A stretch of 43,754 nt of DNA, taken from positions 1-43,754 of the IMG/VR virus record IMGVR_UViG_3300037465_000092; one strand, written 5' to 3'. Positions within the stretch are counted from its first letter, which is position 1. Every line of letters starts with the position of its first letter. The DNA comes from a virus (lineage: Duplodnaviria > Caudoviricetes). The position numbers were made by a program, and so were the translations under genes. The notes under the pieces were generated by a model that did no database searches, was not told the origin of the DNA, and was given only the letters and a program-made list of their open reading frames with translations. Below are positions 30,051 through 39,636 of this stretch, in pieces.

Positions 30051-30078
30051 GCAAGGGGTTTAAACGCCCCTTGCTTTT
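30051..30078 (+). terminator. Rho-independent terminator
   Basis: GCAAGGGG-TTTAAACG-CCCCTTGC-TTTT. Confidence 0.85.
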
Positions 30079-30081
30079 ATT

Positions 30082-31095
30082 ATGTCTTGCTTCGATAGCC
30101 TAATATCCTATAAAGGTTCGTGTTCAGGCACAACCCCAATATCTGGATTATATCTTGATATGTTAGGGTTTACATTAAATCAAGCAAATGATATTGTTCA
30201 AAATGATTATGATTCCGGTGAAGCATTGATAGCAGATAAAATTCTCTTTGCGAAAGAGATTATAGTTAATCAAATTACAACACATTTATCGGACAAGTTT
30301 AGAAGTAACTCAATTATTGAAGGACAGCGAGTAGGATATTATTACGACAACCAAATAACAGTAGCAGGCGAAGCGGGTTATTTAAAGGGAATACGTTTAG
30401 AGTTATGTAATAACTCCAACTTTGTAGATGTTTTCATCAGTGAAATTTCATTGCAGGTTAATTTTACCGGTAACGTATCTGTTTATGTTTACGACTTAAT
30501 ACAAAACAAGCTATTGGACACATTAACTGTATCAACAGTAGCAGGGGAAGTGTCGAGTAGTTATGTGAATAAAACATATAAGAGCAAACGTAAAAAGTTG
30601 CATTTATTTATCGGCTATGATTCATCTACTATTGACTCATATCAGGCTTCTGTAAGTAAAAATGGATGTGCAACTTGCGGTGGAGGAAACGGGCTAATAT
30701 ACCTTAATCAATATTTGATTGCGGCAGCAGGCAAGATGCCAACAGCAGCAAACAAAATATATTCCAATTTTTCTTCTATTGGAGATACGGGTGGGATAAG
30801 TTTAAACTATTCAATCGAATGTAATCATGAAGAATGGCTGTGTACTATTTCAAACAAAATGGCATTGCCTCTACTTTACAAAACAGCAGCAGAGTTGTAC
30901 GATTACGGTATAATAAGCCAGAGAAATAACGATACTACATTAATAGATTTGGATAAATGGCAAAAGAGAAGGGAAGAGATGGAGTTTAAATATCGAGAAG
31001 AGTTGGACAATGTTCTTAAACATATTAAGTTGCCGAGTGACAATGTTTGTTTTCAATGCAAAGACAAATCAAAGAATGCTATCATATTGCCCTGA
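30082..31095 (+). CDS. Putative head-tail adaptor / virion protein
   Basis: Position after the capsid gene; Cys-rich. Confidence 0.5.
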   Translation: MSCFDSLISYKGSCSGTTPISGLYLDMLGFTLNQANDIVQNDYDSGEALIADKILFAKEIIVNQITTHLSDKFRSNSIIEGQRVGYYYDNQITVAGEAGYLKGIRLELCNNSNFVDVFISEISLQVNFTGNVSVYVYDLIQNKLLDTLTVSTVAGEVSSSYVNKTYKSKRKKLHLFIGYDSSTIDSYQASVSKNGCATCGGGNGLIYLNQYLIAAAGKMPTAANKIYSNFSSIGDTGGISLNYSIECNHEEWLCTISNKMALPLLYKTAAELYDYGIISQRNNDTTLIDLDKWQKRREEMEFKYREELDNVLKHIKLPSDNVCFQCKDKSKNAIILP

Positions 31096-31221
31096 AATAT
31101 TAGATACATTAATTAGTAATTATCATATTGGGGGTTATTGTGATTCTGTGATAATTGAAAAGTTTAAATATCGTGATTCAATATTTGTTTATGAAACGAT
31201 ACATTTTAAAATCTTTAAAAA

Positions 31222-31803
31222 TTGACAATACAGGAATTTAAAAAAAAGTTAGAGCAAATGGTTAATATTTTAGAGACAAAAGGGAATCCATTTGAAATAG
31301 CTGTTCGTGATACCGTACAAAAACAAGCCAAGCGCATATTTCAGGATGGTTTGGCATCTGACGGGAATAAGATAGGTACTTATGAAAGTACAAAGCCCAT
31401 TTATGTATCCGATAATGCAGCACCTAAAAGGGTGAATCATAAAGGGAAAAAAGGAAAGACTATTAAGTCTGGATATTACGAAAGTTACAAGGCTTTTCGT
31501 GCAGCAATGAATAGAGAATCTTCTTTTGTAAACATTCGATTGACAAATGATTTGCAAAGTGATTTTAGTAATGTTGAGTTAAGCAAAACGTCAAATACAA
31601 TAGCCAAAGCAAAGCCGATACAATTAACGAGTCGTCATTATATTACAATGTTAAAACGAGAGGAAAACGTAAGGAAGAAAGAAGGGCTTGAGATAAAATA
31701 CGGGAAAATATTTGATTTGACGAAAGAAGAAAAAAACAATTTAAGAGAAGTAGCAATATTTGAATTGAAGTTAGCACATAAACGACTATTCCCAAATGCT
31801 TGA
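31222..31803 (+). CDS. Putative neck / tail-completion protein
   Basis: KRIFQDG.ASDG..IG.Y and VNIRLTNDL motifs; basic; TTG start. Confidence 0.55.
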   Translation: MTIQEFKKKLEQMVNILETKGNPFEIAVRDTVQKQAKRIFQDGLASDGNKIGTYESTKPIYVSDNAAPKRVNHKGKKGKTIKSGYYESYKAFRAAMNRESSFVNIRLTNDLQSDFSNVELSKTSNTIAKAKPIQLTSRHYITMLKREENVRKKEGLEIKYGKIFDLTKEEKNNLREVAIFELKLAHKRLFPNA

Positions 31804-32365
31804 AAAGATAATAACATATCTTAATACAAAATTAGAAGCTACAAATTACTTTGAGAAGGTGTTTGAACTTGCCGAACTTGTTGCTAATTCATCAGGTAAA
31901 ACAACGCCCAAAGCATATTGCACAAAATCGAATTGGGAAGAAGTTACCAAGCCGGATAAATATAACGGACTTGCTTATTGGAGAAAAGCCGGAAATGTTT
32001 CAATAGATAATTCTGTTGAGTCATTTCCCGCTTGCGGATTCGAGATGACAGTAAGTTATCCAATGAAGTTTGTGGCATTTGTACCTAAAGAAAAGTTACA
32101 GAAAGACGATTGCTATTCAGATGACAGAATAGCAGAAACAATTATAAAGACATTAACAATTTCTGATTCAACACTTAAAAAACAAATAGGTGCGAAACTT
32201 TGCGAAATAACAGCGACAAACTATATCACAGATAATAAAGTAATTCTTAATGAAGAGTATGAGGGTGTAGATTTCAAAAATATAAAATATAAGTATTCTT
32301 ATTTATCTGTGAGCTTTAATTTCAAATTAATAATTAATAAATCATGTCTAACAACTAACTGCTAA
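31796..32365 (+). CDS. Putative tail terminator-like virion protein
   Basis: Position and size (189 aa). Confidence 0.4.
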   Translation: MLEKIITYLNTKLEATNYFEKVFELAELVANSSGKTTPKAYCTKSNWEEVTKPDKYNGLAYWRKAGNVSIDNSVESFPACGFEMTVSYPMKFVAFVPKEKLQKDDCYSDDRIAETIIKTLTISDSTLKKQIGAKLCEITATNYITDNKVILNEEYEGVDFKNIKYKYSYLSVSFNFKLIINKSCLTTNC

Positions 32366-32368
32366 AAA

Positions 32369-32692
32369 ATGAGTAAAACAGACGCTTTAACAAGAATGAT
32401 AGAATCCGATTGTGTACATATATCAGGAACAACGGAATACAACTACAAGTTTCATTCTATAGTCATTCAGGAGGATACCGTATTCTCGAAATTAGAATGG
32501 AAAGAAAATGATAATGATACTGCCGAAGATGCTTTGGAAGAGCGTCTTTTAAATTCCAAAACATTGAAGCAAGGGGCGTTAATAACTATATCTCCAAATA
32601 AAAGCAATGATAATGAAAGAGATAGGTATTTTTCAAAAATAAAGCTTGCTTCCGGCTCTGCAATTATTTATTTAACCGAACAACTTGCATAA
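32369..32692 (+). CDS. Hypothetical protein
   Basis: 107 aa ORF. Confidence 0.6.
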   Translation: MSKTDALTRMIESDCVHISGTTEYNYKFHSIVIQEDTVFSKLEWKENDNDTAEDALEERLLNSKTLKQGALITISPNKSNDNERDRYFSKIKLASGSAIIYLTEQLA

Positions 32693-33486
32693 TGTTTGGA
32701 AATGCTATAGGAGTACCTTTTATACGTTCTGGCGTATCTTATGATGCGGATGCGGAGTCTTTTTTCACTCGTGCAGGGATAACAGACACTACCGAAAAGG
32801 GTGCGTGGAACACTTTTGTTTTGGCTTTAAAAAACAATTCTCTTTGGACTCCGTGTATTGCTTTTTGGGGTTGTTCGCCAACATCGTATGGCGCATCTTT
32901 ACATAATCTAAAGTCAAGCTCTTATTTATTAAGTGCAACGGCAGCACCTTCATTCAGCACCAACGGATGGCAGTTTAACGGAACGACTCAATTTTTACAG
33001 ACAGGACTTATACCGAGTGCTGTTTTAACTATTGACGACATCACATTAGGCGTAAGGAGTCGTACAAATGTTGAAAACACAGGATGTGATATTGGCGTAT
33101 CGTCCTCCACTTCTTCACAGATATTCCTTCAATTAAGGAAGGCAACCAATATTATACAACACAATGCGTACACAAACGCTTCATCTTATACGGGGACGAA
33201 TACTGATTCATCGGGAAATTATTTTTTTGGTGCTATCTCTTCGAGCAGCAGATATATCAGAAGGAATACAAGCTCATTGGCTACAAGTGCAGCAGCACAT
33301 GGCAGCACCAACCCAACACATGAGCTATACATAGGTGCGAGAAACAACGCGGGCGTGGCAGACCTCTTTTCATCGAGGCAGTTGTCGGGCGCATGGGTCT
33401 TTGAAGGGTTGACAACAGGAGATTGCGATGTGTTGAGCGGACTTATAGATACATTAAATGCAAACATTATAAGCGGAGGAAGATAG
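32692..33486 (+). CDS. Putative virion protein with a ConA/LamG-like lectin fold
   Basis: FNGTTQFL, LYIGARNN and Ser/Thr-rich composition. Confidence 0.55.
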   Translation: MFGNAIGVPFIRSGVSYDADAESFFTRAGITDTTEKGAWNTFVLALKNNSLWTPCIAFWGCSPTSYGASLHNLKSSSYLLSATAAPSFSTNGWQFNGTTQFLQTGLIPSAVLTIDDITLGVRSRTNVENTGCDIGVSSSTSSQIFLQLRKATNIIQHNAYTNASSYTGTNTDSSGNYFFGAISSSSRYIRRNTSSLATSAAAHGSTNPTHELYIGARNNAGVADLFSSRQLSGAWVFEGLTTGDCDVLSGLIDTLNANIISGGR

Positions 33487-34245
33487 ATGGCAAAATTTTA
33501 TATTTTCATTGGACAATCCAACAGCAGAGGCGCAGCACCAAATGCAGACTGTCATCCTTCACTTTCGGGGGAAATGCAGAATGTAAAGATTTGGGATGGA
33601 ACAACATTTTCTAATTTTGATGTTGGCGTAAACCAAAGCTACCCCAACAATGATGCCTTTCATGGAGCAGCACCCGCACTTGTGTATAACGAACAGATAC
33701 GCAATGGGGGAACGATATATGCTATGATGTATTCTATTGGCGACTCACGTTTGGCGAGTGAGACGGGAGGTGCAGAAGATTGGTTTCCTTCCAATAGCGG
33801 GGAGAGTTGTGACAAGGCTATCAGCACCTTCAACAATGCGTTAGCTTATGCTTGGAATACACTTGGCATAAGGAGTTATGAGTTAATTTTCATTTGGAAG
33901 CAAGGTGAGGCAGACACATCCGATGATGCCTATGCGAATGCTTATGAAACCAATTTGACAAATTTTGTCAACAAGATAAACGCTAACTTTTCTGGCACAG
34001 CGTTAACATCAGCAACGAAAAGATGGATGTTTATTAAATTGGGAACAGACACATCATATAATGCAACACGATTAGCTACTATTAATACGGCAATGAATAC
34101 AGTAGCGTCTAATTTAGGTACAAATTATAGAACATTAGACCCAACAGGATATACGTTACAGGTTGACTTACATCATTATGAAGCATCGGGATATAAAGAG
34201 ATGGGGGAAGATTTATCAACAGCCTTTGGCACTTATGGATGGTGA
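33487..34245 (+). CDS. SGNH-family carbohydrate O-acetylesterase (SASA-like)
   Basis: GQSN catalytic Ser motif, WKQGEAD and DLHH (DxxH). Confidence 0.8.
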   Translation: MAKFYIFIGQSNSRGAAPNADCHPSLSGEMQNVKIWDGTTFSNFDVGVNQSYPNNDAFHGAAPALVYNEQIRNGGTIYAMMYSIGDSRLASETGGAEDWFPSNSGESCDKAISTFNNALAYAWNTLGIRSYELIFIWKQGEADTSDDAYANAYETNLTNFVNKINANFSGTALTSATKRWMFIKLGTDTSYNATRLATINTAMNTVASNLGTNYRTLDPTGYTLQVDLHHYEASGYKEMGEDLSTAFGTYGW

Positions 34246-34246
34246 G

Positions 34247-34465
34247 ATGACAGTAGTTGATATGAAAATTTTAATTTGGAGTTGTGGCACTCTTTTGGGT
34301 GTTTTGGGATTTTTATCTGTATTTTTATTGAATAGATTAACAAGAACGCTCGACAGATTGCAGAAGGATGTAGGGGAGATAAAGACAGCATTACAAGTTC
34401 ATGGCACAAAGCATGAGGAGTTGGAAAAAAGAGTTGATAAAATAGAAACGGCTATAGCAGCATGA
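34247..34465 (+). CDS. Small membrane protein with coiled coil (holin-like)
   Basis: One TM segment followed by a coiled coil. Confidence 0.5.
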   Translation: MTVVDMKILIWSCGTLLGVLGFLSVFLLNRLTRTLDRLQKDVGEIKTALQVHGTKHEELEKRVDKIETAIAA

Positions 34466-34746
34466 TTAATAAATATAAACCAAAAACAAATAAAATGAAA
34501 AAAGTAATTCCATTAGGTGTGAACCTTTTAAAATCTATTGGCAAATCATTGCCACTTGTTAACTCTGCTCGGAAGATAGTAGAGGAAGTAAAAGAAAAAA
34601 AAACAATAAACATAGAAAGGCTATTGTGGTTTGCCGTTGAATTTGCAGCCGTGTTAGGAGTGTTATGGGTTGCAAAGCATTTTAATGTAAGCATTGACGA
34701 CATTCTTGATTTACTTACTAAGATAGGCACTTTAGGTCTTGCGTAA
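34462..34746 (+). CDS. Small membrane protein (holin-like)
   Basis: Hydrophobic segment LLWFAVEFAAVLGVLWV. Confidence 0.45.
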   Translation: MINKYKPKTNKMKKVIPLGVNLLKSIGKSLPLVNSARKIVEEVKEKKTINIERLLWFAVEFAAVLGVLWVAKHFNVSIDDILDLLTKIGTLGLA

Positions 34747-35765
34747 TGCCGAGAAGTATATCTGGGGAAAAGGTATATGAATACGCCAAAAAGTACCCTA
34801 ACACAAGCAACAGGGCATTAGGTGCATTATTGTTTAGGGATTATCCCATGCTATTTACTTCAGCAGAATCCGCCAGAAAGAGAGTGTGTGATTACAGGGG
34901 CGGATTAAAAAGAAAGGGAGATAGCAATAGGAATGCTTATATAAAAGAGGAGTATATGTTGCCCAAAAGCATTTTCACAAAAAATAATCCGTATGGGTTG
35001 CCGGAAAGCTATTCTGAAAAAAGAAAGCCTTTTTTATTGCCCAAAGTTTGCGACAACATTTTAATACTTTCAGATTTACATATTCCCTATCAGGAAAATG
35101 CTGCGATACAAGCAGCGTTAGATTACGGTAAAAAGAATAGGATTAATACAATATTTATTAATGGCGACCTCTTCGATTTTCATGCTATCAGTAAATACGA
35201 CAAAGACCCGCGCAAACGCTCCTTTGTTCAGGAGATAGAAACAGGATTAATCTTTCTTACTAACCTTAGGAAGTCATTTAGCAAAGCAAGCATATATGTA
35301 CATTGGGGCAACCATGATATTCGTTACGAATCCTTTCTAAAGATAAAATGCCCTGAATTATTTGGCGATGAGTATTACGAATTATCAAACAGGCTTGGCT
35401 TTGCAAGGTTGCGCATAACAGAAATTGGCGATAAGCAAATTACCAAAGCGGGTAAGTTAAATATCTTTCACGGACATACCATCTTTAGAGGCAGCTATTC
35501 TCCTGAAAGCCCGTCTCGGAAAATCTATATGAAAACAAAGATGAGTTCCGTTTGCGGACATACCCATAAAATTAGCGAAACGACAGAGACGAATCTTGAC
35601 GGAAGCATTGTGACTTGTTGGAGTACAGGGTGTCTGTGTGAGCTTAGTCCAGATTACTTCCCGCATTGCAATAATTATGGTCACGGATTTGCACATGCTA
35701 TTATAGATAATTCAGGAAACTTCAGCCTGAAAAATTATCGGATATATAATGGAAAAATATTATGA
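34746..35765 (+). CDS. Calcineurin-like metallophosphoesterase
   Basis: SDLH, GDLFD, GNHD, FHGH and GHTH motifs. Confidence 0.9.
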   Translation: MPRSISGEKVYEYAKKYPNTSNRALGALLFRDYPMLFTSAESARKRVCDYRGGLKRKGDSNRNAYIKEEYMLPKSIFTKNNPYGLPESYSEKRKPFLLPKVCDNILILSDLHIPYQENAAIQAALDYGKKNRINTIFINGDLFDFHAISKYDKDPRKRSFVQEIETGLIFLTNLRKSFSKASIYVHWGNHDIRYESFLKIKCPELFGDEYYELSNRLGFARLRITEIGDKQITKAGKLNIFHGHTIFRGSYSPESPSRKIYMKTKMSSVCGHTHKISETTETNLDGSIVTCWSTGCLCELSPDYFPHCNNYGHGFAHAIIDNSGNFSLKNYRIYNGKIL

Positions 35766-36022
35766 TTGACCCTGAATTTGAAATAGACATCTTAATAGAA
35801 GGCGAGAGTGGAGATACGCCAGAGCCAGTAAATGCAACATTGCGTTTTAATGAAATAGATTACTATTATGCCTCTACCTATCTTGGAAGAGATGTTACCG
35901 TGATGGCTATGATGAATGGAGAAGCAATAATGGCTAATTTTAAATATGAAACATTCAAAAAGAAATACAATGAAAGAAAAGGCGAAATACTTGCAAGTGC
36001 TGCACATCGCCCTGAACATTAG
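35762..36022 (+). CDS. Hypothetical protein
   Basis: 86 aa; ATGA overlap. Confidence 0.6.
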   Translation: MIDPEFEIDILIEGESGDTPEPVNATLRFNEIDYYYASTYLGRDVTVMAMMNGEAIMANFKYETFKKKYNERKGEILASAAHRPEH

Positions 36023-36113
36023 CGAGGTGGATGTTTGCGATCAATGTGGCTTACCATTGGAAGATTGCGAATGCGATTGTGATTATCTGGATTACGATAT
36101 TATTATGATATGA
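35970..36113 (+). CDS. Possible small Cys-rich peptide (47 aa)
   Basis: MKEK...VCDQCGLPLEDCECDCDY...; overlaps the previous ORF. Confidence 0.3.
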   Translation: MKEKAKYLQVLHIALNISEVDVCDQCGLPLEDCECDCDYLDYDIIMI

Positions 36114-36120
36114 ACTTATT

Positions 36121-36178
36121 TTTTTTAAAAAAAATTAATTTAATTAGTTGTAAATTAAAAAAAAATATTTACATTTGC
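36121..36178 (+). promoter_or_regulatory. Duplicated promoter/operator, copy 1
   Basis: 58 bp near-identical to 36443-36500, ending in TACATTTG. Confidence 0.75.
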
Positions 36179-36197
36179 TGAAAATTTTTAAAGAACA

Positions 36198-36398
36198 ATG
36201 GCAAGAAGAGCGATAAAGTACAAGATAAAGAGGTCTGTTATTCCTATGTTTATAATAGACTATTGCGATAGTGGTTTATATCTTGGTAAAAAGATTACCA
36301 GACAAAGAGTGTCGCAGTTGATTAGGCGTAATATTCTGCGAATTTGTCGTGTGAACCCAAAGATGATATATTCTGACGAGATTACTGAAAAAAAATAA
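36198..36398 (+). CDS. Small basic putative DNA-binding protein
   Basis: ITRQRVSQLI resembles an HTH recognition helix; lies between the duplicated promoters. Confidence 0.55.
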   Translation: MARRAIKYKIKRSVIPMFIIDYCDSGLYLGKKITRQRVSQLIRRNILRICRVNPKMIYSDEITEKK

Positions 36399-36442
36399 TG
36401 GGAATAAGATGAAGTAACGGTGAATCAGTTTGTAAAAAAATA

Positions 36443-36500
36443 TTTTTTAAAAAAAATTAATTTAATTAGTTGTAAATTAAAAAATAATATTTATATTTGC
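36443..36500 (+). promoter_or_regulatory. Duplicated promoter/operator, copy 2
   Basis: TTTTTTAAAAAAAATTAATTTAATTAGTTGTAAATTAAAAAA...TATATTTGC. Confidence 0.75.
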
Positions 36501-36574
36501 GCCATGATAAAATTACTTCTCTATTTATTAAGAGTGAAAAGAAGAACAAACAGACCATTTAAAAACCAAAAAGT

Positions 36575-36772
36575 ATGACAGGCAAATTCAAAATATTGAT
36601 TAATTCCTTGTACGACCATTTAATGCTTCTGGAAGCCGGCTTGCCGGATGAACAGGCTTTACGCATAGCATTTGATGACAAGGCGTATGTAGCTATTGAT
36701 ATTATCACAGAGCTCCTTCTCGAAGAAGATGAGGAAAAGCAACGAAAAATTTTGGAGGACTTTTGGAAATGA
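36575..36772 (+). CDS. Hypothetical acidic protein
   Basis: 65 aa ORF. Confidence 0.55.
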   Translation: MTGKFKILINSLYDHLMLLEAGLPDEQALRIAFDDKAYVAIDIITELLLEEDEEKQRKILEDFWK

Positions 36773-36960
36773 GTTACGGATTAACAGATGAAGAGGATGA
36801 TATTGAGTTGTTAACAGGAGAATGTTTATTTTGCGGGAACATAGGAACATTTGGATATGATTTGCAACGAGTAACAAACACAACATTCGGAATAAAAGGC
36901 GAAGATATTTTGCACACCGATTGTATTGAATCTTTTAAATTAGAACTAACCAAACTATAA
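36769..36960 (+). CDS. Hypothetical protein (CxxC...HxxC)
   Basis: ATG 36769 overlaps the upstream stop. Confidence 0.55.
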   Translation: MSYGLTDEEDDIELLTGECLFCGNIGTFGYDLQRVTNTTFGIKGEDILHTDCIESFKLELTKL

Positions 36961-36966
36961 AAACAA

Positions 36967-37239
36967 ATGGCGAAAATTATAAGTGCAAGCATTGATTTGA
37001 AAAAAATCGACAAAACAAAAATCGTTATCGGGAAAAACAACGCAGAGTATTACAACATTATAATTATATGTAATGATACAAAGGACAAGTTCAATCAAGA
37101 TGTTGCGATTATAGAAGGGCAAACCAAAGAACAACGAGAGACAAAAGAAAAGAAAAAATACATCGGCAACGGAAAGACTATTTGGGAGGGACAATATAAA
37201 CAACAAAACAACGATAGTGGCGATGATATGCCATTTTAA
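36967..37239 (+). CDS. Putative single-stranded DNA-binding protein
   Basis: Acidic DDMPF C-terminus, YIGNGK motif, adjacent to RecT. Confidence 0.65.
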   Translation: MAKIISASIDLKKIDKTKIVIGKNNAEYYNIIIICNDTKDKFNQDVAIIEGQTKEQRETKEKKKYIGNGKTIWEGQYKQQNNDSGDDMPF

Positions 37240-37242
37240 ACT

Positions 37243-38169
37243 ATGGATAAAAAAGAATTAACATCAGATTTATTTAAACCGATAAAAGAAAAATTCATTT
37301 CAGTTGTTGATGAAGTTACTTTTAATAAAGAGGCTTCATTTGCGCTTCAACATTTGAGTCGAAATTCGTATTTAGCAAGTGCGGACAAATCATCAATACT
37401 TGAGGCGGTTTTGAATGTAGCACAAACAGGATTAACCCTTAATCCGGTCTCTAAGCTTGCTTATTTAGTTCCTCGTTTTGTGCGAGATAAGGGAGTTGTT
37501 TGTTGTTTAGAACCATCATATATGGGCTTGGTTAAACTTGCAACCGATACAGGCAGTGTAAAATCCATTTATTCACACATTATTTACCATAACGATGAGT
37601 TTAATTACGAGTTGGGAACTAATCCCGACATCATTCATAAGCCTTTATTAGGTAAAGACAGGGGAAATATGAAGGGTGTTTATGCAGTAGCCGTTTTGCA
37701 GAACGGAACAAAACAGATTGAAGTAATGACAATGGATGAAATTTTTGAGATACGAGATAAGTCTGAAAGTTACAAGGCATATCTTTTGGGCAAAGCAAAA
37801 TCTTGTATTTGGGTTTCCGATGAATCTGAAATGAGCAGAAAGACTGTTATCAAAAGGCTTTGCAAATATTTGCCGAAAACTGAAATGTGGGATAAGCTTT
37901 ATAATGCTATTGAGCTTGATAATTCCGATTATAAAATTTCGGATAATCAAATCAATTTAATTGAACAACTTTTAATGAGTTGTACCTATTCGCCAGAAAA
38001 AATACAATTTATATCTAACAATCTCACAACTTATTCACGTGAACAAGCAACTAATTTAATTGAAGATTTAAAGTTGAATCAATTAGACCCTATTTCATCG
38101 GGTAATAATTACAATCAAACCGACATTAAAAATAAGTTGTTGCAAATAGAAAAAGATAATAGAAAATGA
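37243..38169 (+). CDS. recT: RecT-family single-strand annealing recombinase
   Basis: GLTLNP...AYLVP, SYMGLV, GVYAVA and EMSRKTVIKRLCKYLP motifs. Confidence 0.9.
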   Translation: MDKKELTSDLFKPIKEKFISVVDEVTFNKEASFALQHLSRNSYLASADKSSILEAVLNVAQTGLTLNPVSKLAYLVPRFVRDKGVVCCLEPSYMGLVKLATDTGSVKSIYSHIIYHNDEFNYELGTNPDIIHKPLLGKDRGNMKGVYAVAVLQNGTKQIEVMTMDEIFEIRDKSESYKAYLLGKAKSCIWVSDESEMSRKTVIKRLCKYLPKTEMWDKLYNAIELDNSDYKISDNQINLIEQLLMSCTYSPEKIQFISNNLTTYSREQATNLIEDLKLNQLDPISSGNNYNQTDIKNKLLQIEKDNRK

Positions 38170-38501
38170 CAGAATCCCTCGAAGCGATACGAAGAGCCGT
38201 GAAAGAATACAGGGAAATGAAAGACCCAACAGGTGATGACATGGTTAGATGGTTGCAGATAATAACCACACATCAATTCACACTTGCAGAAGTTAAAGCG
38301 GAATATTACAAAAAATGGCAGAGCATTGTTTTTGAAAAAGTTGGCGAGTTTAACGGTAAAAATATAAGTAGAGCATCGAATATAGCTGATATAAAAGTGC
38401 CAGAATTAGTTTTTCTTCGTCATGTGTTAAAAGCAAGCGAAGATGTTGTAGATGCCTTGCGTAGTCATTTGAGTCATCTTAAATCATTAAAAGAAGTTTG
38501 A
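38166..38501 (+). CDS. Hypothetical protein
   Basis: 111 aa helical ORF. Confidence 0.6.
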   Translation: MTESLEAIRRAVKEYREMKDPTGDDMVRWLQIITTHQFTLAEVKAEYYKKWQSIVFEKVGEFNGKNISRASNIADIKVPELVFLRHVLKASEDVVDALRSHLSHLKSLKEV

Positions 38502-38552
38502 AGTGTATAGTGCAATAATATTTCTATAATTGATAATTTAAAAGACAATCAA

Positions 38553-38897
38553 ATGAGCAATCAACTTGAGCTATTTAAAGAGTGTTCTGTTTATGCTTTA
38601 AAGCAGGAGACAAACTTTTTCAACACGACAAATGAGCGTGGTAAGAAATTAGTAAAAAATGTTTTAAAAGCACAGGCGCAAGACGAAATTATACTTTCTT
38701 ACTTTAAAAAGAAAAAAGCACTTCCTTTAAGTCCCACCCAAGTCTGGAATGCTTTATTTACAATTAATACCCCGATTACATCCGTAAGAAGAGCTATTAA
38801 TACTTTGACGAAAAGAAATCTTCTTGTTAAAACAAATATAAAACGTATCGGTAATTATGGTCGCGAGGAGTATTGTTGGAAGCTATTAATAAAATAA
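38553..38897 (+). CDS. Winged helix-turn-helix protein
   Basis: PITSVRRAINTLTKRNLLVKT...GNYGREE..W. Confidence 0.65.
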   Translation: MSNQLELFKECSVYALKQETNFFNTTNERGKKLVKNVLKAQAQDEIILSYFKKKKALPLSPTQVWNALFTINTPITSVRRAINTLTKRNLLVKTNIKRIGNYGREEYCWKLLIK

Positions 38898-38898
38898 A

Positions 38899-38997
38899 AT
38901 GAGTTTACGATTTACAGAAACAAACAAATGGAAGGACGACTGGTTTTTATCATTAAGCAATGATTACCGAATCGTTCATTTTTACGAAGCAGGATGA
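38899..38997 (+). pseudogene. Truncated 5' duplicate of the replication initiator gene
   Basis: 38899-38976 matches 40530-40607 (78 bp, 3 synonymous differences), then stops after 32 codons. Confidence 0.85.
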
Positions 38998-39039
38998 AGT
39001 GGAGGAAGGCGGCAGTATTTTATTTCGCCAACCCCCTGT

Positions 39040-39158
39040 TAGCGATTCGGGGGTTTGCGATGGCGAGCTTCCACTAAAATAAAAACGAAGATATGAACTC
39101 AAAAATTAAAAATGAAACTGTCAACGAAGCACAGCCCGCTATTGCAAACCCATTGTTA
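39040..39158. mobile_element. attC-like site A (array 2; left box degenerate, TAGC)
   Basis: GGGTTTGCGATGGCGAGCT ... AGCCCGCTATTGCAAACCC-ATT-GTTA hairpin. Confidence 0.65.
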
Positions 39159-39488
39159 TCGGTAGTGCCTGAACGCATACTTTGTTCAGCTATTTGGTAC
39201 AAGAAAATCAAAGCTGTTCCATCTGAATTTAGCATACATGAAAAAACGATAGTAAGTAATATAAGCGAAGGTGTTGTTATTTGCGGACATAGACACTATA
39301 ACTGCATACTTACTTTAATTTATTTGTCAGGATATTCTACTAAAACAAAAGATTGCGGAGAATATGAGCAAGGTTTCCTTACATCTAATAACAGGTTTAT
39401 TGGAAGAAAAGAAGCTGCACAAATTGCATTTGCTGCTGGCCAAACGAAAGAATTAAAAGAAACATTGTTCAGCGAAGACGTCTGGTAG
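39093..39488 (+). CDS. Hypothetical cassette protein; starts inside the attC-like loop
   Basis: CSAIW...CGHRH..C...QGFLTS..RF..RKEA...LFSEDVW. Confidence 0.75.
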   Translation: MNSKIKNETVNEAQPAIANPLLSVVPERILCSAIWYKKIKAVPSEFSIHEKTIVSNISEGVVICGHRHYNCILTLIYLSGYSTKTKDCGEYEQGFLTSNNRFIGRKEAAQIAFAAGQTKELKETLFSEDVW

Positions 39489-39498
39489 GCATTACCGC

Positions 39499-39591
39499 TA
39501 ACGTATCGGGGGTTTGTGATAGTTTGCCCTACTCCAAACTTTCAATGTTAGCAGTAAGCTCAAAGGGGCAAATTTCACAAACCCCTTGTTA
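39499..39591. mobile_element. attC-like site B (array 2)
   Basis: TAAC-GTATC-GGGGGTTTGTGATAGTTTGCCC ... GGGCAAATTTCACAAACCCC-TT-GTTA. Confidence 0.75.
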
Positions 39592-39636
39592 GCGGTTCGT
39601 GGCGATTTAGAAGTAAAAACTTAAATACATATACAA

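Noticed and set aside
39163-39170. A fourth TAGTGCCT
   Set aside because: It lies within a CDS as part of a cassette end repeat and lacks the pseudoknot geometry.
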